The notes: generated by a model not told the origin, from the sequence alone. A stretch of DNA of 64,000 bases from an uncultured Acidobacteriota bacterium (GCA_963700145.1 OY969474.1:5216001-5280000), one strand, 5' to 3'; positions 24,236 to 35,578 are shown, numbered from the stretch's first letter. Numbers and translations are program-made.

Positions 24236-26353
24236 TCAGTCGATGATGAAGTGGACGATCCCGCGCCGAAGAGCCCGCTCCGACTCCCAGTAGAAGGGCG
24301 GGCGGAACTGCCGGAGGTACGGCGAGATCGGATAGTAGTGCAGGGCCTGAGACTGGCGGCCCAGGAACTCCGCCTGCACCGAGACCTGCCGGGTGACGAA
24401 GCTCGGCTGGATGAAGGCGGGGGTCCGCCTGCCCGTGTAGGCGCGCGCCGGCAGGCACAAGACGAGCTGTCCGCGCCGGCGCAACGCCCGGATCATCGCC
24501 TGGAGGGCGTCGGCGTAGAGCCGGGCGAGACCGGGCAGCGTCGCCTCGCTGTTGAAGCCGTAGGGCGGGTCGGTGATGATGACGTCGAAGGCGTCCGCCG
24601 GCAGGTCGCGCACGTCGGCGACGTGGATCCGCCGGCGGGCGCCCTCGACCCGGTCGCCGCCGCGCGCGCCGTTGGTGTTCACCGAGCAGGCGGTCGAGAA
24701 CCTCGCCGCGTGCGTGCAGATGCCGGAGTCCCCGACCTCACCCTGCCGCTGCGCGTTCTCCTGGTCCTGGCGCACCCGCCGGAGCCGTCTCACCTGCCGC
24801 TTCATGGCGGCGAGCTCGCGCGAGAAGGCGGAGGTCCAGCTCTCCGACTTGCGATGGAACGCCGACTCGTTGCGCAGCGCCGCACGCAGCACGAGGTAGA
24901 AGACGAAGCGGCCGCGCTCTCCCAGGCGGGTCAGCGTGGCGATCGCTTCGTCGTCGAAGTCGAGGCCTGACAGCGGCCGCCGGCGGGTGAGCTTGTCGAG
25001 CAGCTGGAGCGCCTGGTTGTAGGCCGCCAGCGCCTTGCGCGTCACGGGCGCCTCGAAGATCCGCGGCTCCGCGAGCGAGCTCTCTCCGAGCTGCTCGACG
25101 TCGCGCAGGAGATTGTCGAGCTGGCGCACCGACATGGAGAAGAACGCCAGGTTGTCGCGAGTCAGCAGCGCGGTCGCCGGATCGCTGTCGGCGGAGTGGA
25201 CCGTGAGCTCGCGGTACTTGAGCGCTTCGATGCAGACGGTCCCCGAGCCGGCGAAGGGCTCGCCGACGTGGATCACCTCGGCGGCCGGCCAGTTCGGCCG
25301 CGTGACGTTGATCATGGCGCCGACGAGCGTGTGCGGGATGGTCACCGGCGCCCGCCACGCGGGCTTGTTCTCGTCGAAGATGTGGAACTGGTTCTCGTTC
25401 TTGTAGAGCTGCTCGTAGCAGATGTAGTAGCGGTTGGCCCCCGGGTGCTCCAGGCTGTCGCTCGTCGACCGGTCGGTCACCAGCCAGAGGGTCTGCGGCT
25501 CGCGCCAGCTCTCCGTCTTGCGCTTGCGGAAGTCCGGCACCGTCACCGGGGTGATGAACTCCGCCAGGCCCTTCTCGACGAGCGCCGGGAGGTCCGCCAG
25601 GCGGTCGCCGCCGATGTAGAACTTGTCGATGTAGATCCGCAGCTTTTCCAGCCCGTCGTGCACGCTCGCGCCGCCGTCGTCGCCGGCGTCGAAGTCCTCG
25701 TGGGCGTAGATGATGAACTTGCGTTTCTTGCCCATCGGCAAAGGGCGGCTGGTGACGTGGCCGTGCAGCGCGGCCAGCAGCTGCGCGGTCGTGGCCTTCG
25801 CGATGTCCGCGAGATAGACCAGGCGCCCGCACGAATGGATGTACCCGGAATAGGCGCAGACCGAGGCGAGGTCGAGCGCCAGATGAGGCGGGATGAAGAC
25901 GGTGCAGGAGCCGAAGAAGGGCTGCACGATGATGACGCGCTCCAGCAGGCCGGCATACAACGAGACGAACTGCTCGACGCCGTCTTCGCGCGGCGTGCTT
26001 CCCTCGAGGAACGAAACCAGCACGTCGCGGAAGGTCTCCTCGAAGTCCTGGATCGCCAGGAACTGGAGGTGTTTGTACCGCGCGCCGGTGCACCGGTCGC
26101 TGACGTGGCAGCGGAACAGGGCGAGCAGCTCGGCGAACTGGATGTTGGTGACCCGCAGGTTCTTTTTGAAGACGAACACGTAGCCGGAGCCGTGGGTCTG
26201 AAACCAGAGGGAAAAGAACGTCTCGAGCGAGAAGTGGTGCTCTTCGAACGACTCCAGGAAGAGCTCGCGCAGGCGTGAGCGGAACGACTCCGGAGAGTCG
26301 ATCGGTTGAGCGGGCGCCGGCCGCGGGAGCGGCGTGTGCTCGAGAAGGCTCAT
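24236..26353 (-). CDS. large SAM-dependent amino-methyltransferase (Trm11/TrmG10-like motifs)
   Basis: PHTLVGAMINV, EPFAGSGTVCIEA (motif I) and DVIITDPPYG (motif IV). Confidence 0.7.
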   Translation of the reverse strand: MSLLEHTPLPRPAPAQPIDSPESFRSRLRELFLESFEEHHFSLETFFSLWFQTHGSGYVFVFKKNLRVTNIQFAELLALFRCHVSDRCTGARYKHLQFLAIQDFEETFRDVLVSFLEGSTPREDGVEQFVSLYAGLLERVIIVQPFFGSCTVFIPPHLALDLASVCAYSGYIHSCGRLVYLADIAKATTAQLLAALHGHVTSRPLPMGKKRKFIIYAHEDFDAGDDGGASVHDGLEKLRIYIDKFYIGGDRLADLPALVEKGLAEFITPVTVPDFRKRKTESWREPQTLWLVTDRSTSDSLEHPGANRYYICYEQLYKNENQFHIFDENKPAWRAPVTIPHTLVGAMINVTRPNWPAAEVIHVGEPFAGSGTVCIEALKYRELTVHSADSDPATALLTRDNLAFFSMSVRQLDNLLRDVEQLGESSLAEPRIFEAPVTRKALAAYNQALQLLDKLTRRRPLSGLDFDDEAIATLTRLGERGRFVFYLVLRAALRNESAFHRKSESWTSAFSRELAAMKRQVRRLRRVRQDQENAQRQGEVGDSGICTHAARFSTACSVNTNGARGGDRVEGARRRIHVADVRDLPADAFDVIITDPPYGFNSEATLPGLARLYADALQAMIRALRRRGQLVLCLPARAYTGRRTPAFIQPSFVTRQVSVQAEFLGRQSQALHYYPISPYLRQFRPPFYWESERALRRGIVHFIID

Positions 26354-26434
26354 GCTCGGACCCTCCCCGAAAAGTGCCGGTTGGCGTATGGAAGGTGACA
26401 GTTGCGAAACGCGGGCCGGGCTTTTGCCGGTCTG

Positions 26435-28180
26435 TTATCCCGGACGGCGGAGAGCCGCCAGCAGCTCCGGCAGGTGCTTGGTGTTGAGGAGGTCCGCGGC
26501 GGTCAGCCCGGCGCGGCGCGCCTGCTCGACGCCGTAGCGCATGTAGTCGAGCTCGCGGATGCGGTGGGCGTCGGTCGAGACGACGATCTTGCAGCCTAGG
26601 CGCTTGGCGAGGAGAAGGTGGGTGTCCTGGAGGTCGAGGCGGTGGGGGCTGGAGTTGAGCTCGACCGCCACCCCGAGCTCGGCGGCGCGCGCCAGGACCG
26701 CTTCCAGGTCCAGGTCGACGGGGCGGCGGCGGTTGATCATCCGCGCGGTCGGGTGAGCCCAGATCGAGACCGCCGGGTGCTCCAGCGCCCGCAGCACCCG
26801 CGCCGTCTGCTCGGCCGCGGGCAGGTCGAAGCGGCTGTGCAGGGAGACGACGACGAGGTCGAGGCGGGCGAGGTGGTCGTCGGCGAGGTCGAGCGAGCCG
26901 TCGGCCAGGATGTCCACCTCCAGGCTCTTGAGCAGGCGGATCTCCGGGTGCCGCGCCGCGACCGCCCCGATCTCGGCCCACTGCAGCTCCAGCCGCAGCT
27001 CGTCGAGCCCGCGCACCATCGGCAGGGCCTTGCTGTGGTCGGTCAGGGCGACGTATTCGTAGCCCCTGGCGGCGCAGGCCGTGAGCATCGCCTCGATCGT
27101 CTCCGAGCCGTCCGACCAGGTGGAGTGGAGGTGAAGGTCGCCGCGCAGGTCGTCCAGGGTTACCAGCTCCGGCAGGGCGCCGCGCGCCGCGGCCTCGATC
27201 TCACCGCGGTCTTCGCGCAGCTCGGGAGGGATCCAGGGGAGGCCGACCGCGGCGTAGACGTCCGCCTCCTCGGCGCCGGCGAGGCGCTCGACCTCCTGTT
27301 CCCCCTCCAGGCGGTAGACGCCGTACTCCGAGACCCGCTTTTTCTGATGCAGGGCGCGCTGGCGGAGCTTGACGTTGTGCTCCTTCGAGCCGGTGAAGTA
27401 GACGAGCGCCGCGCCCCAGCTCTCCGGCGGCACGACGCGCAGGTCCACCTGCAACCCCGAGCCGAGGGCGACGGTGCCGCGGGTGTCGCCCGCCATCAGC
27501 ACACGCTCGATCTGCGGGTAGGCGAGGAAGCGGGCCATGACGGCAGGTTGGCCCTCGGCGCCGGGCTCGCCGACGGCGAGGAGGTCGATGTCGCCGATCG
27601 TCTCGCAGCGCCGGCGGTAGCTGCCGGCGACCTCGACCCGGGCCTCCAGCGGCCCCAGGCGCAGGTAGGCGAGGAGCGGCTCGACGTGCCGCTCGGCGGT
27701 GGCGAGAAGGAGACGGCCGGTGTACTGGCGCGCCGCGGCGATGCCGTCGAGGATCTTCTGCTGGCTCTTGGCGCCGAAGCCGGAGAGCGGGGCGATCCGC
27801 CCGCCACGCGCCGCCTCCTCGAGCCCCTCGAGGGTCTGGATCCCCAGCTCCCGGAAGAGACGGAGCGCGCGCTTCGGTCCGACGCCGGGAAGGCGCATCA
27901 GGTCGATCAGCGAGCGCGGGATCTCGGCGAGCAGCTCGTCGCGGTAGGCCAGGGTGCCGGTCTGGATCAGCTCGCCGATGTGCGCCGCCATCTGCTTGCC
28001 GATGCCGGGCAGCGCGGTGAGCGGCCGCGCTTCGGCGACCAGCCGCTCCAGCGGCTCCGTCTGCACCTCGACCGTGCGCGCGGCGTTGCGGTAGGCGCGG
28101 ATGCGGAAAGAGTCCCCTTGCTGGATCTCCAGCACGTCCGCCACCTCCTGGAGCACGCGCGCGATCTCGGCGTTGGTCAC
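26435..28180 (-). CDS. polX: DNA polymerase X family / PHP-domain protein
   Basis: FRIRAY, AGSYRR..ETIGDID, YFTGSKEHN, DLHLHSTWSDG and TDAH motifs. Confidence 0.95.
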   Translation of the reverse strand: MTNAEIARVLQEVADVLEIQQGDSFRIRAYRNAARTVEVQTEPLERLVAEARPLTALPGIGKQMAAHIGELIQTGTLAYRDELLAEIPRSLIDLMRLPGVGPKRALRLFRELGIQTLEGLEEAARGGRIAPLSGFGAKSQQKILDGIAAARQYTGRLLLATAERHVEPLLAYLRLGPLEARVEVAGSYRRRCETIGDIDLLAVGEPGAEGQPAVMARFLAYPQIERVLMAGDTRGTVALGSGLQVDLRVVPPESWGAALVYFTGSKEHNVKLRQRALHQKKRVSEYGVYRLEGEQEVERLAGAEEADVYAAVGLPWIPPELREDRGEIEAAARGALPELVTLDDLRGDLHLHSTWSDGSETIEAMLTACAARGYEYVALTDHSKALPMVRGLDELRLELQWAEIGAVAARHPEIRLLKSLEVDILADGSLDLADDHLARLDLVVVSLHSRFDLPAAEQTARVLRALEHPAVSIWAHPTARMINRRRPVDLDLEAVLARAAELGVAVELNSSPHRLDLQDTHLLLAKRLGCKIVVSTDAHRIRELDYMRYGVEQARRAGLTAADLLNTKHLPELLAALRRPG

Positions 28181-28271
28181 TGCGGGGATGTTACGAAGAT
28201 GAGATCGAGACGGGCTCGCCGCCGGCTGCCCACCCCGCGCGGACCACCCACGCAGCCGCCGGCAAGCCGCC

Positions 28272-28832
28272 TCAGGCGCGGGATTCGTGCAGAGGACGTG
28301 CCACGCGGCGGCGCCGCGGGGCGCCGTAAATGGCCCGCGGCTCGTGGACCTCGCCGGCGCCGGAGATACCGATTCGAGTGAGGGCTTCGGCGAGGGTGAG
28401 CACCGGGATCTGCTCGATCCGGCCGAGGCGCCGCCGGAGAACTCGGTCCTCGGAGACGAACGCGTCGGCACCCGCGTGGATGGCGGTCGCGACATGGACC
28501 GAGTCGGGGGTGGCGATGTTGCAGTGGGCGCGGAGGTCGGCGGCGAGGTCGGCGATATCTGGAGTGACTGGCACCACGGAGAGGGTGGGCAGCGAGAAGA
28601 AGAAGTCGCGGTACGACCGGCAGACGTCCTCCTGTCCCAATCGCTTCGGGATCACCAGGACCTCGAGCAGGGCAAGCACCGAAGCGACCAGGTCGCAGAG
28701 TCCCTGCTCGGCAAGCGCCAAGAGCTCGGTCGCCGCCGCTCCGAAGGTCCGTTCTCTTTGAAAATGGTAGGCGAACACCATCGCATCGAGGCCGAGCAGC
28801 CGCAAAGCAGGCTCGCGCGGGCTCGAGCTCAT
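28272..28832 (-). CDS. PIN-domain (VapC-like) toxin
   Basis: LGLDAMVF...LEVLV...TPDSVHVATA...FVSED; ATGA overlap with the antitoxin. Confidence 0.85.
   Translation of the reverse strand: MSSSPREPALRLLGLDAMVFAYHFQRERTFGAAATELLALAEQGLCDLVASVLALLEVLVIPKRLGQEDVCRSYRDFFFSLPTLSVVPVTPDIADLAADLRAHCNIATPDSVHVATAIHAGADAFVSEDRVLRRRLGRIEQIPVLTLAEALTRIGISGAGEVHEPRAIYGAPRRRRVARPLHESRA
28288..28303 (-). promoter_or_regulatory. putative sigma-54 promoter for polX
   Basis: Minus strand TGGCAC-GTCCT-CTGCA, about 110 bp upstream of the polX start. Confidence 0.6.
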
Positions 28833-29077
28833 CGATCGCCCCAAGAATCGCGCTCGCGCCGGATCGCGGCTTCCGCTCCGCCCTCCGCTTCCCAGAGCTC
28901 CTTGCCGAGCCCCTTCGTGCGCTCCACCCAGCTCCCCTGAGCAGCCTTCAGCACCAGCTGGTTGCCTTCTACGACCAGGTCGACGTAGTCCCCTTCCTTG
29001 ACTCCGAGCCGCTGGCGGGCCTCGGCGGGGATGGTGATCTGGTACTTGGACGTGAGCTTCGCGGTCGCGAGCACCAT
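28829..29077 (-). CDS. AbrB/MazE/SpoVT-family antitoxin
   Basis: KLTSKYQITIPAEARQRLGVKEGD. Confidence 0.9.
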   Translation of the reverse strand: MVLATAKLTSKYQITIPAEARQRLGVKEGDYVDLVVEGNQLVLKAAQGSWVERTKGLGKELWEAEGGAEAAIRRERDSWGDR

Positions 29078-29083
29078 GTCGCA

Positions 29084-29121
29084 CCTCCTCCTTACATCTT
29101 ACTACGGAAGTAAGGAGGAGG
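29084..29121. promoter_or_regulatory. 12-bp perfect inverted repeat overlapping the antitoxin SD (operator or hairpin)
   Basis: CCTCCTCCTTAC-N14-GTAAGGAGGAGG. Confidence 0.6.
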
Positions 29122-29132
29122 GGATGGTTCCG

Positions 29133-29654
29133 TTACTTTCCCTTCTCGAACCCCAGCGAGACGGAGTTGATGCAGTAGCGGAGGCCGGTCGGGGGTGGGC
29201 CGTCTTCGAAGACGTGGCCGAGGTGGCCGCCGCAGCGGGCGCAGTGGACCTCGGTCCGCCGCCCGCCGAGGCTCCAGTCGCTCTCGGTCTCGACGTTCTG
29301 GGGCGCGATCGGCTGCCAGAAGCTCGGCCAGCCGGTGCCGGACTCGAACTTGGTCACCGAGGAGAAGACGGGCAGGCCGCAGGCGGCGCAGACGTAGGTG
29401 CCCTTCTCGTGGTGGTCGTGGTACTTGCCGGTGAAGGCGCGCTCGGTGCCCTGCTTGCGCAGCACGCGGTACTGCTCGGGGGTGAGGGCCTCCTTCCACT
29501 CGGCGTCGGTCTTCTCGATCTTCTGGATGGTCGCGGTCTTCTCATTCACGGTCGGGCGTCCTTTCGCGGCGGTCTTCCGCGGCACGGCGTAGAGCGCGGC
29601 GCCGGCGGCGACGACCACCAAGCAGACGATGAAGGCGATGAGTTTCTCGGACAT
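29133..29654 (-). CDS. msrB: peptide-methionine (R)-S-oxide reductase with N-terminal signal/anchor
   Basis: [27 protein letters not shown] and RYCINS motifs. Confidence 0.96.
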   Translation of the reverse strand: MSEKLIAFIVCLVVVAAGAALYAVPRKTAAKGRPTVNEKTATIQKIEKTDAEWKEALTPEQYRVLRKQGTERAFTGKYHDHHEKGTYVCAACGLPVFSSVTKFESGTGWPSFWQPIAPQNVETESDWSLGGRRTEVHCARCGGHLGHVFEDGPPPTGLRYCINSVSLGFEKGK

Positions 29655-29690
29655 TCTCGGTTCCTCCACGCGATTGTACGAACCAGGAAG

Positions 29691-31814
<2,124 letters not shown>

Positions 31815-31833
31815 CTAGCGGAAGGCGCCGCTC

Positions 31834-31849
31834 CGGCCGGCATCTTGCA
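31834..31849 (+). promoter_or_regulatory. possible sigma-54 promoter for the yihY-like gene
   Basis: CGGCCG-GCATC-TTGCA; weaker -24 element. Confidence 0.4.
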
Positions 31850-31879
31850 GACCGGGTGTCCTCGGGAGGAACCTCGCGC

Positions 31880-32875
31880 TTGCCACGACGCACCCGGAGA
31901 CAGCGGACGGCCACGCTCTGGAGCAAGCAGGGGCTCACGTGGAAGGAGCTTGCCGCCCGCATCTACCGCGACATGAACGAGGACGGCCTCTACGGCCACT
32001 GCGCCGAGCTGGCCTACTACTTCCTCTTCTCGGTCTTCCCGCTCCTCGTCTTCCTGACCACTCTCCTCGGCTACATGGCCGGCGAGAGCGCGGCGCTGCG
32101 GATGGAGCTCTTCGGCTACCTGCGGCGGATCGCGCCCTCGGGCGAGGTCTTCGGGCTCCTCATCAACACGCTCAACGAGATCACCCGCGGCAGGACCGGG
32201 CTGGCGCTCTACCTCAGCCTCTTCGTGGCCCTCTGGGTCGCCTCGACCGGCATGATCGCCATCGGCCGCACGCTCAACCGCGCCTGCGGCCTGCGCGAGA
32301 CCCGCCCCTGGTGGAACCGGCGGCTGACGGCGCTGATCCTGACGGTCATTTTCTCGGCGCTCATCATCTCGGCCCTGGCGCTGATCCTCTACGGGCACGC
32401 CCTCGTCCGCCTCATCGCCGGCCAGCTGGCGATCGACCCCTTCCTCGAGGCTTTCTGGAGCTTCATCCAGTGGCCGGTGGTGCTGATCTTCATCCTGGTG
32501 TCGTTCGAGATGGTCTACAACTACGCCCCGAACCTGGGCAAGAGCCCGCACCGCGTCTGGGGGACCCCGGGGGCGATCCTCGGAACGACGATGTTCCTCG
32601 CCGCCACCTGGGGCCTCAAGAGCTACCTGGCGCAGTTCGGCGCCATCAACAAGGCCTACGGCTCGCTCGGGGCGGTGATCGTGCTGCTGCTCTGGTTCTA
32701 CTTCACCGCCCTGGCGATTCTCATGGGCGGCGAAGTCAACTCCGAGCTCGCCCGCGCCCGCGGCGAGCTGCGCGAGCGCCAGGGCCTCCCGGCGATCGAG
32801 CCCAGTCCCCCCCGCCGCCCCCGGCGGCTGCCGCGCCTCACCCGGTCCGGCCGGCGGCGCGAGGCGTCGGGCTAG
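31880..32875 (+). CDS. YihY/virulence factor BrkB family membrane protein
   Basis: AELAYYFLFSVFP, YNYAPN and YGSLGAVIVLLLWFY...GGEVN; TTG start after GGAGG. Confidence 0.9.
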   Translation: MPRRTRRQRTATLWSKQGLTWKELAARIYRDMNEDGLYGHCAELAYYFLFSVFPLLVFLTTLLGYMAGESAALRMELFGYLRRIAPSGEVFGLLINTLNEITRGRTGLALYLSLFVALWVASTGMIAIGRTLNRACGLRETRPWWNRRLTALILTVIFSALIISALALILYGHALVRLIAGQLAIDPFLEAFWSFIQWPVVLIFILVSFEMVYNYAPNLGKSPHRVWGTPGAILGTTMFLAATWGLKSYLAQFGAINKAYGSLGAVIVLLLWFYFTALAILMGGEVNSELARARGELRERQGLPAIEPSPPRRPRRLPRLTRSGRRREASG

Positions 32876-32928
32876 TCAGGCGCCGGCGGTTCCGCCGGCC
32901 CCCTCCGCGAAGGCCGCCGGAAGGCCGG

Positions 32929-33201
32929 GAAGGTCATCCGGAGACCCGGGAAAGCTATCCCGGGTCTCGGGAAAGTTATCCGGACCGCCGGGAAAGCTAT
33001 CCGAGCCATCGGGAAAGCTATCCGGACTGTCAGGAAAGCTATCCGGAACATCGGGAAAGCTATCCGGGCTGTCAGGAAGGCTATCCTGGAGGTCGGGAAA
33101 GCTATCCGGACCGTCAGGAAAGTTATCCGGGACGTCGGGAAAGCTATCCGGACCGTCGGGAAGACGATCCGGAGGGTCGGGACGACTTCCGAACCGCCCG
33201 G
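32929..33201. repeat. 21-bp tandem array, about 13 units, consensus GAAAGCTATCCG-N6-CGG
   Basis: Units start every 21 bp from 32929 to 33181; reads RESYPxx on the plus strand and DSFPDxP on the minus strand. Confidence 0.92.
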
Positions 33202-33267
33202 TAGCCTTCCCAGCCTCGTCAGGAGTCCACAGGATACGTGCTACACTGATCCTGTGGAGCATCGGCA

Positions 33268-33498
33268 ATGCGCAACCTGACCCTGGCGATCGAGGACGAG
33301 GTGCTGGAGGGCGCCCGCCGGCTGGCGCTCGAACGTGGAACGACCGTCAATCAGCTCGTCCGCGACCATCTGGCTCATCTGGTGGCCCGCGAAGACCGCC
33401 GCCGCGCCGCCGCCGAGCGTCTGAAGCGCGCCATGCAGGAGGAGCTCACCGAGGTCGGCCCCCGCACCTGGACCCGCGAGGACCTCCATGCGCGGTGA
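33268..33498 (+). CDS. RHH/CopG-like antitoxin
   Basis: MRNLTLAIEDEVL...GTTVNQLVRDHL...WTREDLHAR. Confidence 0.85.
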   Translation: MRNLTLAIEDEVLEGARRLALERGTTVNQLVRDHLAHLVAREDRRRAAAERLKRAMQEELTEVGPRTWTREDLHAR

Positions 33499-33934
33499 GG
33501 CGCCGGCCTTCGTCGACACCAACATCCTCGTCTACGCCTTCGACAGCAGCGACCCGGCCCGCCACGGGCCCGCGGCGGACCTCCTCTCTCGCCTCATGGA
33601 CGAGGACCGCCTGCGCCTCAGCGTGCAAGTGCTCCAGGAGCTCTACGTCACGATGACGCGCAAGGCCCGCCCCGCGTGGACCCCGGACCGCGCGCTCGCG
33701 GCCCTCGACGACCTCGCCGCCTGGCCGGTCGTCGCCAACGATTTCGCTCTCGTCCGCGAAGCGATCCTCCTCTCACGCGACGCCGCCTTGTCCTTTTGGG
33801 ACGCCCTGATCGTAGCCGCCGCCGCCCGCAGCGGCGCGGCCACCCTCTACACCGAAGACCTCAACGACGGCCAAGTCCTCCGCGGCGTGCGCGTCGTGAA
33901 CCCCTTCACCGCTCAAGCCGTCTCGGGCGCCTAA
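33488..33934 (+). CDS. PIN-domain toxin (VapC-like)
   Basis: FVDTNILVYAFD, QVLQE, SFWDALIVAAA, LYTEDL and VNPF motifs. Confidence 0.92.
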   Translation: MRGEAPAFVDTNILVYAFDSSDPARHGPAADLLSRLMDEDRLRLSVQVLQELYVTMTRKARPAWTPDRALAALDDLAAWPVVANDFALVREAILLSRDAALSFWDALIVAAAARSGAATLYTEDLNDGQVLRGVRVVNPFTAQAVSGA

Positions 33935-34112
33935 GAACTCTTGGTCTTCGACCCCCGACAAACCCGCGCCCGCGAGATCGCTCGGCGATGGTCTGACGGT
34001 GCACCTCGTGTACGGCCGAACGCTTAACCGTCTCCCTCCTCTTGGTTCCCCCGCCTCTGCCTTCGAATAGAGTACTCTGCAATCAGCCGGCTACGCCCAC
34101 TGGAGGTCACGC

Positions 34113-35027
34113 ATGAAGCATGACAGGCAGCTACGCCTCATTCTGGTGTTTACACTTCTCCTGGGTGTATCGCTGCGCAGCGATGCCGGAGATGAGCTCT
34201 ACCGATATCGTGTCATTGGGAAAGTCAGCACTTCGGATTTAGCCAACATGGCTACCACCACCGCTATTCCTAGCGTGGTCCACAGTATCGAAGTGCTGCT
34301 CGACACCCAGGTAAAGCAACATCCATCGATTGCCAACACCGCCGAGGTCATCGACCTGACGCATTTATTGACTGGCCTTGATGACATGGCCGCTGACATC
34401 AATAGAGATCTGCCGCCGTCTGACGACGACATGAAAGATCTTGAAACTGTTGGTAGGGGTACGTGGGCGGCTGTGGACAGGATCGCGGTGACCGAGAGTC
34501 AGCCGCGCCCGAGCGCGACGCCGCGGCACGTTTCCGAGACCGACTGGGACACAGCCCGCCGCGCTGGAACACGCATTGCGATCGGGACGGTAATCGGCCG
34601 CGGCATGCCGAACCCCCTTGGAGTCTTTGGTGCACTCACTTTCTCGTCGACCCCAACGTCGAAGAAAGCCGATTACCCGGCGGCGCCTTCCACTCCGGGC
34701 GCGTCCTCTGGGGCTCACGAAAGACCTGATCATGAGGTTTTTCGTGGAGATGCTGACAAAGGTCGAATCGAGAGAATGGGAACGCTAGCCTTTATCTACG
34801 TGTCAGAGCCTTCCTCGGACGTGCAAATCGCTGCCCAAATAGCTAAGGCTAAGGCTGTTATCGCCAGGCGGAGTGGGATCCCCCGATCAGGTGCTCTCGT
34901 CGCCAGCATCGCTGACGGTGCTACCGAACCGGAGTTCCTGAGCGGCGCCGCATTCGGTGTGATAGCTGCATTGGTTGCCTTCATGGCAACGAGGGCGTTG
35001 GTGCGCAGAAGAACCTGGCCGGTTTAG
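34113..35027 (+). CDS. hypothetical exported protein with C-terminal membrane anchor
   Basis: GGAGG SD, N-terminal signal peptide, C-terminal hydrophobic helix followed by RRR; lower GC. Confidence 0.6.
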   Translation: MKHDRQLRLILVFTLLLGVSLRSDAGDELYRYRVIGKVSTSDLANMATTTAIPSVVHSIEVLLDTQVKQHPSIANTAEVIDLTHLLTGLDDMAADINRDLPPSDDDMKDLETVGRGTWAAVDRIAVTESQPRPSATPRHVSETDWDTARRAGTRIAIGTVIGRGMPNPLGVFGALTFSSTPTSKKADYPAAPSTPGASSGAHERPDHEVFRGDADKGRIERMGTLAFIYVSEPSSDVQIAAQIAKAKAVIARRSGIPRSGALVASIADGATEPEFLSGAAFGVIAALVAFMATRALVRRRTWPV

Positions 35028-35049
35028 TGCCACGGCAATTTGGCAAGCC

Positions 35050-35573
35050 TCGTGCCGGGAATGCCTGGCCTGGGTGATGCGGGCGGCGTTGTGCAGAGCC
35101 ATCGCCAAGTCGAGGCTGTAGATGCCGCTGGCCTCCAGGGGCAAGCGCGCGTGCCGGACCTGCTTGGTCAGAGGCCGGACGAGCTGACGGTGCCTGGCGG
35201 CGTCATTCGAGAACTCGAGCCGCTCGCGCTCGCCGCCGGGCGGCTCGACCACGACGGTGAGGGAGCGGGCGCTGACGTCGATGCCGGCGAGCTGGAGGAG
35301 TGGTTTCACCGCGGCCTCCTTTTGGCTAACCTGGCTTTCCGGTCCCCCGACCCTGCGCCTTCGCCAACCCAGCTTGTGGATGCAGCTTCCGGGGCCTCAG
35401 AGACTCCACGGCTTGGACGAAGAGGGCGGGGGCCGATCTAACGCACAGGCTCGGTGGCCTCAGGCGTGCCAACGGCCTTCCCCGGAAGGCTGCCGTGATC
35501 CTAAGCTCCGTTCAGAGCGGCTGCGGCGCGCCCAGCGCTGCGGCCAGGTAACTGCAAGGCGGAATATACAAGG
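35050..35573 (-). mobile_element. truncated IS110-family element: upstream non-coding end plus N-terminal transposase fragment (GTG at 35309)
   Basis: AGIDVSARSL...LEASGIYS (DEDD/RuvC-like N-terminus) with AGGAGG SD; about 260 bp of structured upstream non-coding sequence. Confidence 0.75.
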
Positions 35574-35578
35574 CGACC

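Noticed and set aside
32929-33201. CRISPR array interpretation of the 21-bp arrays (also 5521-5709)
   Set aside because: The period is only 21 bp with variable parts far shorter than spacers, and there is no leader or cas gene in the window.
31939-33204. 421-aa ORF ending in RESYP repeats as a real gene
   Set aside because: Most of it overlaps yihY in another frame; only the repeat portion is distinctive, and it lacks its own start.
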